Shown: positions 32,361-43,882, counted from the first letter of the stretch. The stretch is DNA of 64,000 nucleotides from an uncultured Chloroflexia bacterium (GCA_963719465.1 OY970386.1:789789-853788); one strand, 5' to 3'. A program made the numbers and translations. The notes: generated by a model from the sequence alone, not told the origin.

Positions 32361-32384
32361 TAGGGGAGGTCTTTAGACCTCCCG
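32361..32384. repeat. REP element copy
   Basis: GTAGGGGAGGTCTTTAGACCTCCC, read directly. Confidence 0.8.
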
Positions 32385-32424
32385 CGTCTCTTTAGGCCTC
32401 CCACCCTAGGTGCGCCCCCAAATG

Positions 32425-32448
32425 TAGGGGAGGTCTTTAGACCTCCCG
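32425..32448. repeat. REP element copy overlapping the 3' end of the RAYT gene
   Basis: GTAGGGGAGGTCTTTAGACCTCCC. A degenerate half-site (ctctttaggcctccc) lies between this copy and the 32361 copy. Confidence 0.8.
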
Positions 32449-32988
32449 TGCATCCGCCGCATCCGACGCATCGTCGGCAAACGAACCAGAATATGGATAA
32501 GCGTCCGCCTCGTCCACCAGCCCAGCTCTAACTGGATTCTCTCTCACATACGTCCTCACATCCAGCAGGTCTTCTTCCCGTCGTAGCACGTGATCGTAGT
32601 AGCTCTTCTGCCAGAATGGACCGCTGCTGTCTAGCAACTGATTACAGAGGAATCCCGATCTCAGCTTGAAATGATGCACGAAACTCATCACGTCGACGCC
32701 CTCGGCAGCCATAACCACCAGATGCAGGTGGTCGGGCATGAAGCAATACTCCAGGACTTCAACGCCGGATCTCGTGGCACTGTCTGCCAAACAGCTAAGA
32801 CAGATTTCGACAGTTCCTGGGAATGAGAAGGCCCGTCGCCCGTCTTGCACGCGGGCGGTCAGGAAGAAGGCTCCGCCGCTTCGATATACTTCACGTGGCA
32901 GTCTGTTGGGCTTACGTCGACGGAATCCGCAAGAAGCGGGAGGTCTAAAGACCTCCCCTACATCACTCGGACCACCGCCGTCGCGCAT
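32437..32988 (-). CDS. REP-associated tyrosine transposase (RAYT, IS200/IS605-like TnpA_REP)
   Basis: ...GGAFFLTARV...EYCFMPDHLHLVVM (HuH motif) ...FWQKSYYDHVLRREEDL (catalytic Tyr region). The start codon is uncertain because a REP lies inside the 5' end. Its ORF-track start is 2 nt from the leuB stop. Confidence 0.75.
   Translation of the reverse strand: MRDGGGPSDVGEVFRPPASCGFRRRKPNRLPREVYRSGGAFFLTARVQDGRRAFSFPGTVEICLSCLADSATRSGVEVLEYCFMPDHLHLVVMAAEGVDVMSFVHHFKLRSGFLCNQLLDSSGPFWQKSYYDHVLRREEDLLDVRTYVRENPVRAGLVDEADAYPYSGSFADDASDAADAREV
32938..32961. repeat. REP element copy in inverted orientation inside the 5' end of the RAYT ORF
   Basis: GGGAGGTCTAAAGACCTCCCCTAC. Confidence 0.8.
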
Positions 32989-32989
32989 C

Positions 32990-34054
32990 TCAGACCAACG
33001 ACGCCACGAAATCGCCCATCTCCGACGTGCTCATCCCCATCCGGCCCGCGTTCAGCGACTTGATTCGCCCGCTGCCCAGCGCCTTCACCACCGCCTGCTC
33101 GATGCGGTCCGCCGCCTGCTCCTCGCCCAACTCGGCGACCAGCATCTGCACAGCGCCGATGGCCGCCAGCGGGCAGATGACGTCCTGGCCGGTGTACTTC
33201 GGCGCGCTGCCGCCGATCGGCTCGAACATCGATACGCCCTGCGGGTTGATGTTGCCGCCGGCCGCGATGCCCATGCCGCCCTGGATCATCGCCCCCAGGT
33301 CAGTGATGATGTCGCCGAACATGTTCTCGACGACGATGACATCGAACCACTCCGGGTTCTTCACGAACCACATGCACGTCGCGTCAACGTGCGCGTACTC
33401 GCGCCGGATGTCCGGGTAGTCCGCCTCGCCGACCTCGTTGAACGCGCGCCACCAGGTGTCGTGGACGAACGTCAGCACGTTCCTCTTGCCGACGAGGTGG
33501 AGCTGCTTCATCTTGTTGCGCTTTCGCGTCAGGTCGAAGGCGTAGCGGATCGCGCGCTCGGCCCCGAATCGCGTCGTCAGGTGCACCTGCGTCGACACCT
33601 CCTGCGGCGTCCCCTTGTACTGGAAGCCGCCCATGCCGCCGTACAGCCCCTCCGTGTTTTCGCGCACGACCACGAAGTCGATGTCCTCCGGCCCCTTGCC
33701 CTTCAGCGGGCAGTCGACGTTCGGATAAAGCTTGACCGGCCGCAGGTTGATGTACTGGTCGAGCTCGAAGCGCAGGCGAAGGAGGATGCCCTTCTCCAGA
33801 ATGCCGGGCGCGACGTCCGGGTGGCCGATGGCTCCCAGGAAGATCGTGTCGAAACGCCGCAGCTCATCGATGGCCCCATCGGGCAGCGTCTCGCCCGTGC
33901 GCATGTAGCGCTCGCCGCCGAAGTCGAAGGTTGTCGTCTCGTACTTGAAGCCGGTCGCCTGCGCTGCTGCCTCCAGCACCTTCAGCCCTTCCCGCACGAC
34001 TTCTGGGCCCGTCCCATCGCCTGGTATGACAGCTATTCGATGCAACTCCGTCAT
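32990..34054 (-). CDS. leuB: 3-isopropylmalate dehydrogenase
   Basis: IAVIPGDGTGPEV...NLRPV...VRENTEGLY...NMFGDIITD. These motifs and its position in the leu operon support the call. Confidence 0.85.
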   Translation of the reverse strand: MTELHRIAVIPGDGTGPEVVREGLKVLEAAAQATGFKYETTTFDFGGERYMRTGETLPDGAIDELRRFDTIFLGAIGHPDVAPGILEKGILLRLRFELDQYINLRPVKLYPNVDCPLKGKGPEDIDFVVVRENTEGLYGGMGGFQYKGTPQEVSTQVHLTTRFGAERAIRYAFDLTRKRNKMKQLHLVGKRNVLTFVHDTWWRAFNEVGEADYPDIRREYAHVDATCMWFVKNPEWFDVIVVENMFGDIITDLGAMIQGGMGIAAGGNINPQGVSMFEPIGGSAPKYTGQDVICPLAAIGAVQMLVAELGEEQAADRIEQAVVKALGSGRIKSLNAGRMGMSTSEMGDFVASLV

Positions 34055-34102
34055 TCCTCTCTAGTCGTCTCCTTCGCCCTCACGGGGCGACGGCGCCACC
34101 TG

Positions 34103-34270
34103 TCAGCAGCCGGGCTCGCCGAGGTGGCCGCAGCAGCCCTGGCGCGTCCGCAGCCTGATCCAGTAGTTGCGGAACGTCAGCGCCAGCTTCCGATGAACCG
34201 GCAGGTCCGATTCCCGCCAGTTGGTGAAAAAGGCCCCCAGGCTCGGTCGATTCCGCTGTCTCTCGTCCAT
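34103..34270 (-). CDS. small conserved-looking ORF (55 aa, Trp- and Cys-rich C-terminus) between leuD and leuB
   Basis: Translation: MDERQRNRPSLGAFFTNWRESDLPVHRKLALTFRNYWIRLRTRQGCCGHLGEPGC. It starts 7 nt after the leuD stop and third-codon-position GC is about 85%. It is not in the ORF track because it is under 60 aa. Confidence 0.4.
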   Translation of the reverse strand: MDERQRNRPSLGAFFTNWRESDLPVHRKLALTFRNYWIRLRTRQGCCGHLGEPGC

Positions 34271-34277
34271 CCGACCG

Positions 34278-34781
34278 TCACTTCGCTTTCCCGGCGAGTC
34301 GCTCCTTCGTGTACTGCACCAGCCCGCCGGCGCGCATCAGCTCCAGCATGAACGGCGGGTACGGCTTCGCCTGGAACGTCGTGCCCTTCGTCAGGTTGCG
34401 GATCGCCCCCGACTCCAGGTCGACCTCCAGCTCGTCGCCGGCGTTTGTTCCGTCGACAGCCTCGTCGCTCTCCAGGATCGGCAGCCCGATGTTGATGGCG
34501 TTGCGATAGAAGATCCGCGCGAAACTCTTCGCGATGACGCAGCTTACGCCCACCGCCTTGATGCAAAGGGGCGCGTGCTCCCGCGATGAGCCGCAGCCGA
34601 AGTTCGTCGTAGCGACGATCATATCGCCGGGCTGGACGCGCGTCACGAACTCGGGATCGATGTCCTCCATGCAGTGCTTCGCCAGCTCCTGCGGGTCGGT
34701 CAAGTTGAGATAGCGCGCGGGTATTATCGCATCAGTGTCGACGTTGGCGCCGTACTTGTGAACGTGTCCGCGTAGAGTCAT
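34278..34781 (-). CDS. leuD: 3-isopropylmalate dehydratase small subunit
   Basis: [20 protein letters not shown]... Confidence 0.85.
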   Translation of the reverse strand: MTLRGHVHKYGANVDTDAIIPARYLNLTDPQELAKHCMEDIDPEFVTRVQPGDMIVATTNFGCGSSREHAPLCIKAVGVSCVIAKSFARIFYRNAINIGLPILESDEAVDGTNAGDELEVDLESGAIRNLTKGTTFQAKPYPPFMLELMRAGGLVQYTKERLAGKAK

Positions 34782-35191
34782 GCCTGCGACTCCTTCTCCA
34801 GAAGCTCCCTGACTGCGGCAACGAATTCCCGTGCCCGCCTGAGTTGCTCGGCAGCCTCTTCGCGAGACACTTCATCCGATAGGGAATAATCGCCCCGCAG
34901 CCGTTCCTCAAAGCCTGCGGCGAGGTATTGCTGTAGCTGCGCGGGCAGAAGGTGATTCTTTACAAACTCATTACTGAAGCTCGCGATGACGGTGGCGTGC
35001 CGCTTAAAACGCATGCCCCGAGTCAGCAGGACGGCCGAAGCCATGTAGAACATGGCATAATAGGCTTGCGACACAGAAGCGGCAAGATACGAGTCCTCCA
35101 AGAGCCGCGCTGCTGCCCCCAGGCTCTGCTCGGCACGTCGAACCAGGATTGGAATCTCTGCCCTCAAGCGACCTTCCTGCCTTCTCTCCAA
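34778..35191 (-). CDS. HEPN-domain protein, partner of the upstream minimal nucleotidyltransferase
   Basis: A 137-aa protein with the motif [19 protein letters not shown] and an Rx4-6H-like signature. It overlaps the MNT gene by 28 nt and the leuD start by 4 nt. Confidence 0.7.
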   Translation of the reverse strand: MERRQEGRLRAEIPILVRRAEQSLGAAARLLEDSYLAASVSQAYYAMFYMASAVLLTRGMRFKRHATVIASFSNEFVKNHLLPAQLQQYLAAGFEERLRGDYSLSDEVSREEAAEQLRRAREFVAAVRELLEKESQA

Positions 35192-35493
35192 ACCTCTTCA
35201 AGAAACAGCTCTTCACCCTTGCCGTAACGCTCTGAACTGATGGGCTGCGCCGAAACATAGACATTGTGCTTCAACGTTAGTTCGGACGATATCTCCACAA
35301 TCCGCCAGAGCTCCTTCGAGAAGCCTTCATAGCCGTCCAGCACGACGAGATAGTCGATATCCGACTCCGGGCCGGCGTCGCCGCGGGCCCACGAACCGTA
35401 CAGGATTAGCGATCGCAGCCGCGATCCGTAGACACGTCGCAGGCCGTCCGCCAGCTCCTTGCTGATCGCGTCTACGTCTTCTGCCGAGATCAC
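35164..35493 (-). CDS. minimal nucleotidyltransferase (MNT) of an MNT-HEPN module
   Basis: VISAEDVDAISKELADGLRRVYGSRLRSLILYGSWARGDAGPESDIDYLVVLD carries the GS...DxD nucleotidyltransferase motif. Its GTG start (35493..35491) overlaps the leuC TGA stop (GTGA). Confidence 0.7.
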   Translation of the reverse strand: MISAEDVDAISKELADGLRRVYGSRLRSLILYGSWARGDAGPESDIDYLVVLDGYEGFSKELWRIVEISSELTLKHNVYVSAQPISSERYGKGEELFLEEVWREGRKVA

Positions 35494-36752
35494 TTGATCA
35501 CCTCGTCCGGCCCGGCCAGCCGTCCGGCGACCGCGCTTGCCGCCGCAACCGCCGGATTCGCCAGATAGACTTCCGACCGCACGTGCCCCATCCGGCCCGG
35601 GAAGTTGCGATTGCTCGTGCTCACGCAGCGCTCGCCTTCCGCCAATATGCCCATATAGCCGCCCAGGCAGGGGCCGCAAGTGGTCGTCGAGACGGCGCAG
35701 CCCGCCTCCGCGAACGTCTCCAGCAGCCCTTCCCGCAGGGCGTCGAGGTAGACATCCGTCGAAGCGGGAACGACAATGCACCGCACGTTCTCGTGCACCC
35801 TTCGACCGCGCATTACCGACGCCGCCAGCCGCAGGTCCGCCAGGCGTCCGTTCGTGCAGCTGCCGATGAACACCTGGTCAATCTCCACGCGCGGCGCCTT
35901 GCTCAGCGGCACCGCGTTCGCCGGCGACGACGGCAGCGACACCATCGGCTCCAGCGCAGACACGTCGTACTCGTGAACGGCCTGATAGACGGCGTCGGCG
36001 TCAGGCTGGTACAGCTTCCATTCGCGCTTGGCCCGCGGCCGCACGTAGTCCAGCGTCACGTCGTCAGGCGTCATCAGACCGGCCTTGCCGCCGGCTTCGA
36101 TCGCCATGTTGGAGATCGTGAAGCGACCTTCCATGCCCAGCTCCGCCAGCGCCTCGCCGCCGAACTCCATCGCGCAGTAGAGCGCGCCGTCGACGCCGAT
36201 GTCGCCGATGGTGAACAGGATAACGTCCTTTCCTCCTACCCAGCGGCTCAGCTTGCCATAGTAGACGAACTTGATCGTCGGCGGGACGCGCATCCAGATG
36301 TCGCCGGTCGCCATCGCGCAGGCGATATCCGTGCTGCCCATCCCGGTCGCGAAGCAGCCGAGCGCGCCGTAAGTGCAGGTGTGCGAATCGGCGCCAACAA
36401 CAACGTCGCCGGGCAGCACCCAACCGTGATCGGGCAGGAGGACGTGGTCGACGCCGGCGCGCCCCTGCTCGTAGTAGACCGCGCCCTGGTCGAGGGCAAA
36501 GCGGCGCATGACCTTAGCGTTCTCGGCGCTCTGGATGTCCTTGTTCGGTATGAAGTGAGACGGTATGAAGGCCACCCGCTGCGGGTCGAAGACGCGCTCC
36601 ACACCAAGCTTGTGGAACTCCTGGATCGCCAGCGGCGCCGTCACGTCGTTCGCCATGACGAAGTCGACGCGCACGTTAACCAGCTCACCAGGCGAAACCG
36701 CGTCGCGGCCGCAGTGGGCAGCGATTATCTTTTCACCAAGCGTCATTCCCAT
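35490..36752 (-). CDS. leuC: 3-isopropylmalate dehydratase large subunit
   Basis: Aconitase-family motifs (VGADSHTCTYGALG, IGSCTNGR, CGPCLGG). Confidence 0.9.
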   Translation of the reverse strand: MGMTLGEKIIAAHCGRDAVSPGELVNVRVDFVMANDVTAPLAIQEFHKLGVERVFDPQRVAFIPSHFIPNKDIQSAENAKVMRRFALDQGAVYYEQGRAGVDHVLLPDHGWVLPGDVVVGADSHTCTYGALGCFATGMGSTDIACAMATGDIWMRVPPTIKFVYYGKLSRWVGGKDVILFTIGDIGVDGALYCAMEFGGEALAELGMEGRFTISNMAIEAGGKAGLMTPDDVTLDYVRPRAKREWKLYQPDADAVYQAVHEYDVSALEPMVSLPSSPANAVPLSKAPRVEIDQVFIGSCTNGRLADLRLAASVMRGRRVHENVRCIVVPASTDVYLDALREGLLETFAEAGCAVSTTTCGPCLGGYMGILAEGERCVSTSNRNFPGRMGHVRSEVYLANPAVAAASAVAGRLAGPDEVIK

Positions 36753-36767
36753 GTTCTTCCCCGTCCT

Positions 36768-37229
36768 CTAGCTCCCGACGTAGTCCTTCAGGCAGATGAC
36801 CCGCGGCATCGCCCTCGGCGTGCCGTCCCGAATGAGCGCGGGCCGTCGCCGCAACGCTTCAACGATGCGCTGCCAGTCGCCGTCGTTCGTGATCGTTGCG
36901 TCGCAGCCGGCCGCCGCGCCCGTCGCGACGATGAGCGCGTCCGGCACCGGTAACCCCTCCGCCCGGACCACTGCTGCCTGCAGGGCGACCGGGCGGGACA
37001 CTTCTAGCACCGCCAGGTTGGCCGTCTGCTCCAGGAACTCCATTATCTCATCAACCGCGTCGAGATCGTTTTCCCTGATCGGCTTGACCAGCAGCTCCAG
37101 CTGGCAGATTGACGATACGACCGCTTGCAGCTCTCCCTTGTCTATCAGCTCGAACGCCGCTTCCATGAGGTCCGCATACGGGCGGCGGTCCTCCAGGTAG
37201 TAGATGAGGGCGTTGGTGTCGAGGTTCAC
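36768..37229 (-). CDS. vapC: PIN-domain toxin (VapC-like)
   Basis: VNLDTNALIYYLE... is a PIN N-terminus, with acidic residues spaced as in VapC. The alternative upstream start at 37286 would overlap vapB. Confidence 0.65.
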   Translation of the reverse strand: MNLDTNALIYYLEDRRPYADLMEAAFELIDKGELQAVVSSICQLELLVKPIRENDLDAVDEIMEFLEQTANLAVLEVSRPVALQAAVVRAEGLPVPDALIVATGAAAGCDATITNDGDWQRIVEALRRRPALIRDGTPRAMPRVICLKDYVGS

Positions 37230-37252
37230 CCTCCCGCACCCTCTGAGAGCGT

Positions 37253-37597
37253 CTAGGAATTGAGCTTCCCCTCGCGGTCTTGCCAACTATCCCTCTCTTT
37301 ACGGACGTATTCGTCTATTTCTTCGACGTTTGCGCCGTAGACACCCCGCAGCCGCCCGCGGTAGTGCTGCACCCAGTTCCTGGGGCGCGGCTTCAGGACG
37401 ATCTTGCTGTCTTCGAGGCGCACAGTCAGCCTATCCCCGGGCCGCAGTCCGAGCTGGCGAACTGCCGCCACGGGCAGGGTGATCTGGTTCTTGCTGGATA
37501 TCTTTGTCACTGCCACTTCCGGCACCCCTTCAGCCGCCGTGGTCAGGTATTCCAGAACGGCCTCTCTTACTTTACTACCTCCGTGTTCCTTTGTCAA
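37253..37597 (-). CDS. vapB: AbrB/MazE/SpoVT-family antitoxin (VapB-like)
   Basis: [25 protein letters not shown] is a swapped-hairpin beta-barrel DNA-binding motif. It overlaps the leuA 3' end by 23 nt. Confidence 0.65.
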   Translation of the reverse strand: MTKEHGGSKVREAVLEYLTTAAEGVPEVAVTKISSKNQITLPVAAVRQLGLRPGDRLTVRLEDSKIVLKPRPRNWVQHYRGRLRGVYGANVEEIDEYVRKERDSWQDREGKLNS

Positions 37598-39188
37598 GGG
37601 GCCTTCTCCTTTGTTTCTTGCCAGATACCTTGGTTTTTCGCTCCATCGCCAATTGCGCCTGGCCCTGTACCTGTGGCATGCGGTTTAGGGCGTTCATCAG
37701 CGCCTTCGCCGCCGCCACGACGATGTCCGTGTCCGCGCCGCGCCCGACGTAGGTGTTGCCGTCCGCCTGGACCCGCACCAGCACCTCGCCCAGCGCGTCG
37801 ATCCCGGCCGTGATGCTCTTCACCGAGAACTCAAGCAGCTTGTTCGGCACGCCGACGACGCTGTCGATTGCCTTGAAAGCGGCGTCGACCGGTCCTGTGC
37901 CCGTCGACGTTCCGACGAGCTCGCGCTCGCCCGGCGCCTTGATGCGCACCGTCGCCGTCGCGACGAGCTGGTTGCCGCAGGAGACCTGCAGCAGGTCGAG
38001 GTGGTATGTCTCCTCGACCGTCCGCAGCTCGTCACCCATCAGCGCCTCGATGTCGCGGTCGTCGATCTCTGCCTTCTTGTCAGCCAGCTGCTTGAAGTCG
38101 GCGAAGGCGCGCGCCAGTTCCTCGCCGCTGACCTCGTAGCCGAGCGCCCGCAGCCGCTCCCGGAAAGCGTGCCGACCCGACAACTTTCCCAGGACGAGTT
38201 CCGCGCCGCCGGAGGGAAGGCCGATCTCCCGCGCGTCCATGATCTCGTACGTCTCGCGCATCTTCAGGACGCCGTCCTGGTGGATGCCCGACTGGTGCCG
38301 GAAGGCGTTGCCGCCGACGATGGCCTTGTTTGGCTGAATCACCATCCCGGTCAGGTCGGAGACGAGACGGCTCGTGCGGTAGAGCTCCTTGGTGTTGATG
38401 TTCGTCGTTACGCCGTAGGTGTCGCGGCGCGTCCTCAGCGCCATGACGATCTCCTCGAGCGATGCGTTGCCCGCCCGCTCGCCGATGCCGTTGACGCAGC
38501 ATTCGATCTGCCGGGCTCCGGCCCGAACCGCCGCCAGCGAGTTGGCCACCGCCATGCCCAGGTCGTCATGGCAGTGCACGGACACGACCGCCTTGCCGAT
38601 GTTCGGCACCCTCTCGAAGATGCTGCGGATGAATGCCGCAAACTCCTCCGGCGTGCTGTAGCCGACGGTATCGGGTATGTTCACCGTCGTCGCCCCCGCC
38701 TCGATAACCTGCTCGACCATCTGGTAGACGTACTCCGGGTCCGACCGGCTGGCGTCCATGGGGCTGAACTCCACGTCGGAGACGTACCCCTTCGCCCGCG
38801 CCACCTGGGTTCGCGCCATCTCCAGCACCTCGTCGCGGTTCTTGCGAAGCTGGTGCGCCATGTGGATGTCCGAGCTGGACAGGAATACGTGGACGCGCGG
38901 CTGCGCGGCGCCCTTGACCGCGTCCCAGGCGGCGTCGACGGCCGACGGCGTCGCGTGCGCCAGGCCGACGACGACCGAACGCTTTATCGCCCCCGCAATC
39001 GTGCTCACGCACTCGAAGTCGCCGGGCGACGCAATCGGAAACCCCGCTTCTATAACGTCTACCCGCAGCCGTTCGAGCTGGCGCGCTATCTCCAGCTTGT
39101 CGGCGATGTTCAGCGCCACGCCGGGCGACTGCTCGCCGTCGCGCAGCGTCGTATCGAAAATGATTACCTTGTCTGCCATTCTGCTCAA
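37575..39188 (-). CDS. leuA: 2-isopropylmalate synthase
   Basis: [16 protein letters not shown]...[17 protein letters not shown]... with a C-terminal regulatory domain. Confidence 0.9.
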   Translation of the reverse strand: MSRMADKVIIFDTTLRDGEQSPGVALNIADKLEIARQLERLRVDVIEAGFPIASPGDFECVSTIAGAIKRSVVVGLAHATPSAVDAAWDAVKGAAQPRVHVFLSSSDIHMAHQLRKNRDEVLEMARTQVARAKGYVSDVEFSPMDASRSDPEYVYQMVEQVIEAGATTVNIPDTVGYSTPEEFAAFIRSIFERVPNIGKAVVSVHCHDDLGMAVANSLAAVRAGARQIECCVNGIGERAGNASLEEIVMALRTRRDTYGVTTNINTKELYRTSRLVSDLTGMVIQPNKAIVGGNAFRHQSGIHQDGVLKMRETYEIMDAREIGLPSGGAELVLGKLSGRHAFRERLRALGYEVSGEELARAFADFKQLADKKAEIDDRDIEALMGDELRTVEETYHLDLLQVSCGNQLVATATVRIKAPGERELVGTSTGTGPVDAAFKAIDSVVGVPNKLLEFSVKSITAGIDALGEVLVRVQADGNTYVGRGADTDIVVAAAKALMNALNRMPQVQGQAQLAMERKTKVSGKKQRRRPLDKGTRR

Positions 39189-39457
39189 CCTCCTTTATAT
39201 TCCTGCGATCTCGACAACTCGGCTCGGCCCTTCCCCTCGTTCAGAGGAAGGGCTATCGCAGGTTGAGCAAATACAGACTCCGTCTCACCATCTAAGTCCT
39301 CGTAGTCCCACTTTTCTCAACGCTCGCATCGCGCAACAACCGCTCCGCGTTCTGCCGCGAAGCCAACGTCTATCTTTCCCACCCGCCCGCCCGCAGCGGA
39401 TTTCTGCAATCCGGGGCACGGCCCCAGACCCCCAGCCGCCGAGCGGACAGGACGAAT

Positions 39458-40456
39458 CTATTTCTTCTTCTGGAGCCAGCTCATCATCCCACGAAGCTCC
39501 GCGCCCACCTCCTCGATGGGATGTTCCGCGTTCTGACGCTTCAGCGCCCGGTAGTGCGGCCGGCCCACCTGGTTCTCCAGCAGCCATTCGCGGGCGAAGC
39601 TGCCATCCTGTATCTCCGTCAGTATGTCCTCCATCGTCTCGCGCACGCAGTCGTCGATGACCCGCGGCCCGCGCGTGTAGTCGCCGTACTCCGCCGTGTC
39701 GCTGATCGAGTAGCGCATGTAGCCCATGCCGCCCTCGTACATCAGATCGACGATGAGCTTCAGCTCGTGCATGCACTCGAAGTAGGCGATCTCCGGCTGG
39801 TAGCCCGCCTCGACCAGCGTGTCGAAGCCGGCCTTCACCAGCTCCGTCACGCCGCCGCAGAGGACGCACTGCTCGCCGAAGAGGTCCGTCTCCGTCTCCT
39901 CTTCGAACGTCGTCTCCAGCACGCCGGCGCGCGTGCAACCGATGCCCTTGCCGTACGCCAGCGCCACCTCTTTCGCCTTGCCGCTGGCGTTCTGCTCGAC
40001 GGCGACGAGCGCCGGTGTGGCGCTGCCCTCCGTGTAGAGGCGGCGCACCAGGTGGCCCGGGCCTTTGGGCGCGATCATCGAAACGTCAACGTCCTTCGGC
40101 GCGACGATCTGACCGAAGTGGATGTTGAAGCCGTGCGCGAACATCAGCGTCTTGCCCGCCTTCATGCTCGGCGCTATCGCTTCGCGGTAGACGGCCGCCT
40201 GGTTCTGGTCCGGCACGAGCATCATGATAACGTCCGCGGCGGCAGCGACCTCGGCGGCCGTCTTGACCGTCATGCCTGCAGCTTCCGCCTGCTTCCACAT
40301 CTCGCTGCCCGGCAGCTCCGCGACCAGCACCTGGCAGCCGCTGTCACGCAGGTTCTGGGCATGGGCGTGCCCCTGGCTCCCGTAGCCGATAATGCCGATC
40401 ATCTTGCCCTGCAAAAGGCCGAGGTCCGCGTCCTTGTCGTAGTAGATTGTTGCCAT
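39458..40456 (-). CDS. ilvC: ketol-acid reductoisomerase
   Basis: From [12 protein letters not shown]...[18 protein letters not shown]. The ORF-track N-terminal extension of 34 aa was discarded. Confidence 0.9.
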   Translation of the reverse strand: MATIYYDKDADLGLLQGKMIGIIGYGSQGHAHAQNLRDSGCQVLVAELPGSEMWKQAEAAGMTVKTAAEVAAAADVIMMLVPDQNQAAVYREAIAPSMKAGKTLMFAHGFNIHFGQIVAPKDVDVSMIAPKGPGHLVRRLYTEGSATPALVAVEQNASGKAKEVALAYGKGIGCTRAGVLETTFEEETETDLFGEQCVLCGGVTELVKAGFDTLVEAGYQPEIAYFECMHELKLIVDLMYEGGMGYMRYSISDTAEYGDYTRGPRVIDDCVRETMEDILTEIQDGSFAREWLLENQVGRPHYRALKRQNAEHPIEEVGAELRGMMSWLQKKK

Positions 40457-40591
40457 TGAAGTTCCTTTCTTCAGTCGTTTGTCCAAATCACGTTCAGCGT
40501 TCTCGGCGGGCGGACCGAGGTCCTCCCTAACATTTGCTACATCCTTAGCAGATAACACATCAGCCTGTCGAGCGCGTACTGCTCGCGGTCA

Positions 40592-41008
40592 TCACTTTGC
40601 CGTCTTTTTCGCCCCTGCCTTTGCCTTCGCCTTCGCCTTCGCCAGATTGTAATCCACAGCGGAACGCACCAGATTCCTCAGTTCGATCTCCTTAATCTTT
40701 TCGTCTTTGACATAATCGATGGTCCGCCATTTTTTGCCCGCAAGCCCGTTGTTGTAGAGCTTGTCCGGGTCGGCGACACTCGCGCCTTCATAGAACGTCA
40801 ATTTCACTTTGTCTTTGAAAGCATTGGCGATACAGACTATTCCGCCGTGAGACCATACCGGCGTGCCCATCCATTTCCATTCCTCAACTATCTCTGGGTC
40901 AGCCTCACGGATAATCCGTCGAATGCCAGCGAACGTCTTGCCGCGCCAGTCGGTAAGTTCCGCCACCAGGCTGTCTATCAGTTCACTTGCACCCATGTTC
41001 TTCTCCAC
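40592..41008 (-). CDS. DUF1801 (YdhG-like) domain protein, low-GC insertion between ilvN and ilvC
   Basis: WKWMGTPVWSHGGIVCIANAFKDKVKLTFYEGASVADP matches DUF1801, with a KAKAKAKAGAKK tail. GC is about 50% against about 66% around it. Confidence 0.7.
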   Translation of the reverse strand: MEKNMGASELIDSLVAELTDWRGKTFAGIRRIIREADPEIVEEWKWMGTPVWSHGGIVCIANAFKDKVKLTFYEGASVADPDKLYNNGLAGKKWRTIDYVKDEKIKEIELRNLVRSAVDYNLAKAKAKAKAGAKKTAK

Positions 41009-41029
41009 TAGCGCGTTTCTTCTCCTTCC

Positions 41030-41598
41030 TCACATGAGGCTGCCGACACGCGGCTTCCCCTGCCCGGCCGGCCGGTAGCGACGCAATCCCGCGCCTTCCC
41101 CCTCGACGGTGATCGCGGCGCGACCCCGCGTTACGGCCACCCGTCCGGTGCGCGCCAGCTCGCGGATACCGTACGGCTTGAGCATCTCGAAAGCGGCGTC
41201 CACCTTATCCTCGGTGCCGGTGATCTCGACAACGACCGTGTCCGGCGAGGCGTCGATAATCTCGCCGTGGAAGATGTCGACGATCTCGATGATCGCGCCG
41301 CGGTTCTGGTCGTTCGCGTTCACCTTCATCAGCGCCAGCTCCCGCGTCACGATCTCGTCCTCCGCCAGGTCGCTGATCTTGACGATATCGACGACCTTGA
41401 AGAGCTGCTTCGTTACTTGCTCGACTTCGCTTGCCGCGCCGCCGAGCACGAACGTCATGCGCGACAGCCCCGCGATCTCGCTGTGCCCGACAGTCAGGCT
41501 CTCGATGTTGAAGCCGCGCTGCCGCCACTTGCTGACGATCCGATTCAGAACGCCGGGCTTGTTCTCGACGAGCGCGACTATCGTGTGTCGTTGGTCTT

Positions 41599-41602
<4 letters not shown>
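41030..41602 (-). CDS. ilvN: acetolactate synthase small (regulatory) subunit
   Basis: [39 protein letters not shown] is an ACT domain. The ATGA overlap with the ilvB stop sets the start; the upstream part of ORF 41030..42301 is shadow of ilvB. Confidence 0.85.
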
Positions 41603-43317
<1,715 letters not shown>

Positions 43318-43636
43318 AGTCGAAACCCCTTTAGCGTAATGCGTCCAAGGTGACGCGGTTCGAAACGAGTTGGGAGATTCTGGGTTTCCCGCCTGAGCGG
43401 TAGGGGCGCTGCCTACGATAGCGCGAGCAGCGCCGGCTCGCCGAGACCCAGGATCCCGCGGGCAAGCGAGCCTTCGCCCAGCGGAAGAGCGCGTAAGGGG
43501 AGCAATACGGCGCGGTCTCGCGCGACGAGATAGCCGACCACGCCGGCCCGCGTCGTCACCGAGACCGCTGACGCTCCTTGCAGAGGAAATGTCGCAGAGC
43601 TATGCATGCTTCTATTCTCGACTCTGAGTGGCTCTA

Positions 43637-43876
43637 AGAAAAGACCCGTCCCAAAGGGATCCCATGGGACGGGACCGTACCACCCTTCTTGTCGCCTGAG
43701 GCGACCGGTTTCAGCGCGTTAACGGTCGCTTTCCGGCCGGACCTGGCGAAATCGCTCAGTCCGGCGGCTCCGGGGCGAGTTCAGGCTCTTCGTGTCGCCG
43801 GCTCTCACCATTCCGCCGGCTCTCTGAGACAGGAAGCTGGCCTTACTACTCCCCATCACGGCCTTTGTCTTATGTG
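43637..43876 (-). promoter_or_regulatory. T-box riboswitch leader upstream of the ilv-leu operon (candidate Leu specifier CUC)
   Basis: Minus strand: a GA-motif start (GAUGGGGAGUAGUA), a CAGAGAG AG-box, GAACUCG in a specifier-like position, and the T-box sequence AAGGGUGGUACGG. It ends with the terminator CCCGUCCCA-UGGGAUCCCUU-UGGGACGGG plus UCUUUUCUU. About 330 nt remain before ilvB. Confidence 0.55.
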
Positions 43877-43882
43877 CGATCC

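Larger units (their letters stand above)
32361..32988 (-). mobile_element. REP-RAYT unit: RAYT gene flanked by inverted REP copies
   Basis: RAYT CDS 32437..32988 with REPs at 32361, 32425 (direct) and 32938 (inverted). Confidence 0.7.

Noticed and set aside
39189-39457. Intergenic hairpin CCCTTCCTCtgaacgaGGGGAAGGG between ilvC and leuA as a second attenuator or T-box
   Set aside because: No T-box consensus, specifier structure or U-tract follows it. It is probably just a stable stem in an intra-operon spacer.
43413-43607. 64-aa ORF between the T-box terminator and ilvB called as a confident protein-coding gene
   Set aside because: No recognisable family or RBS, and it lies inside a leader region. 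It is kept only as an open question in the findings rather than as a feature.
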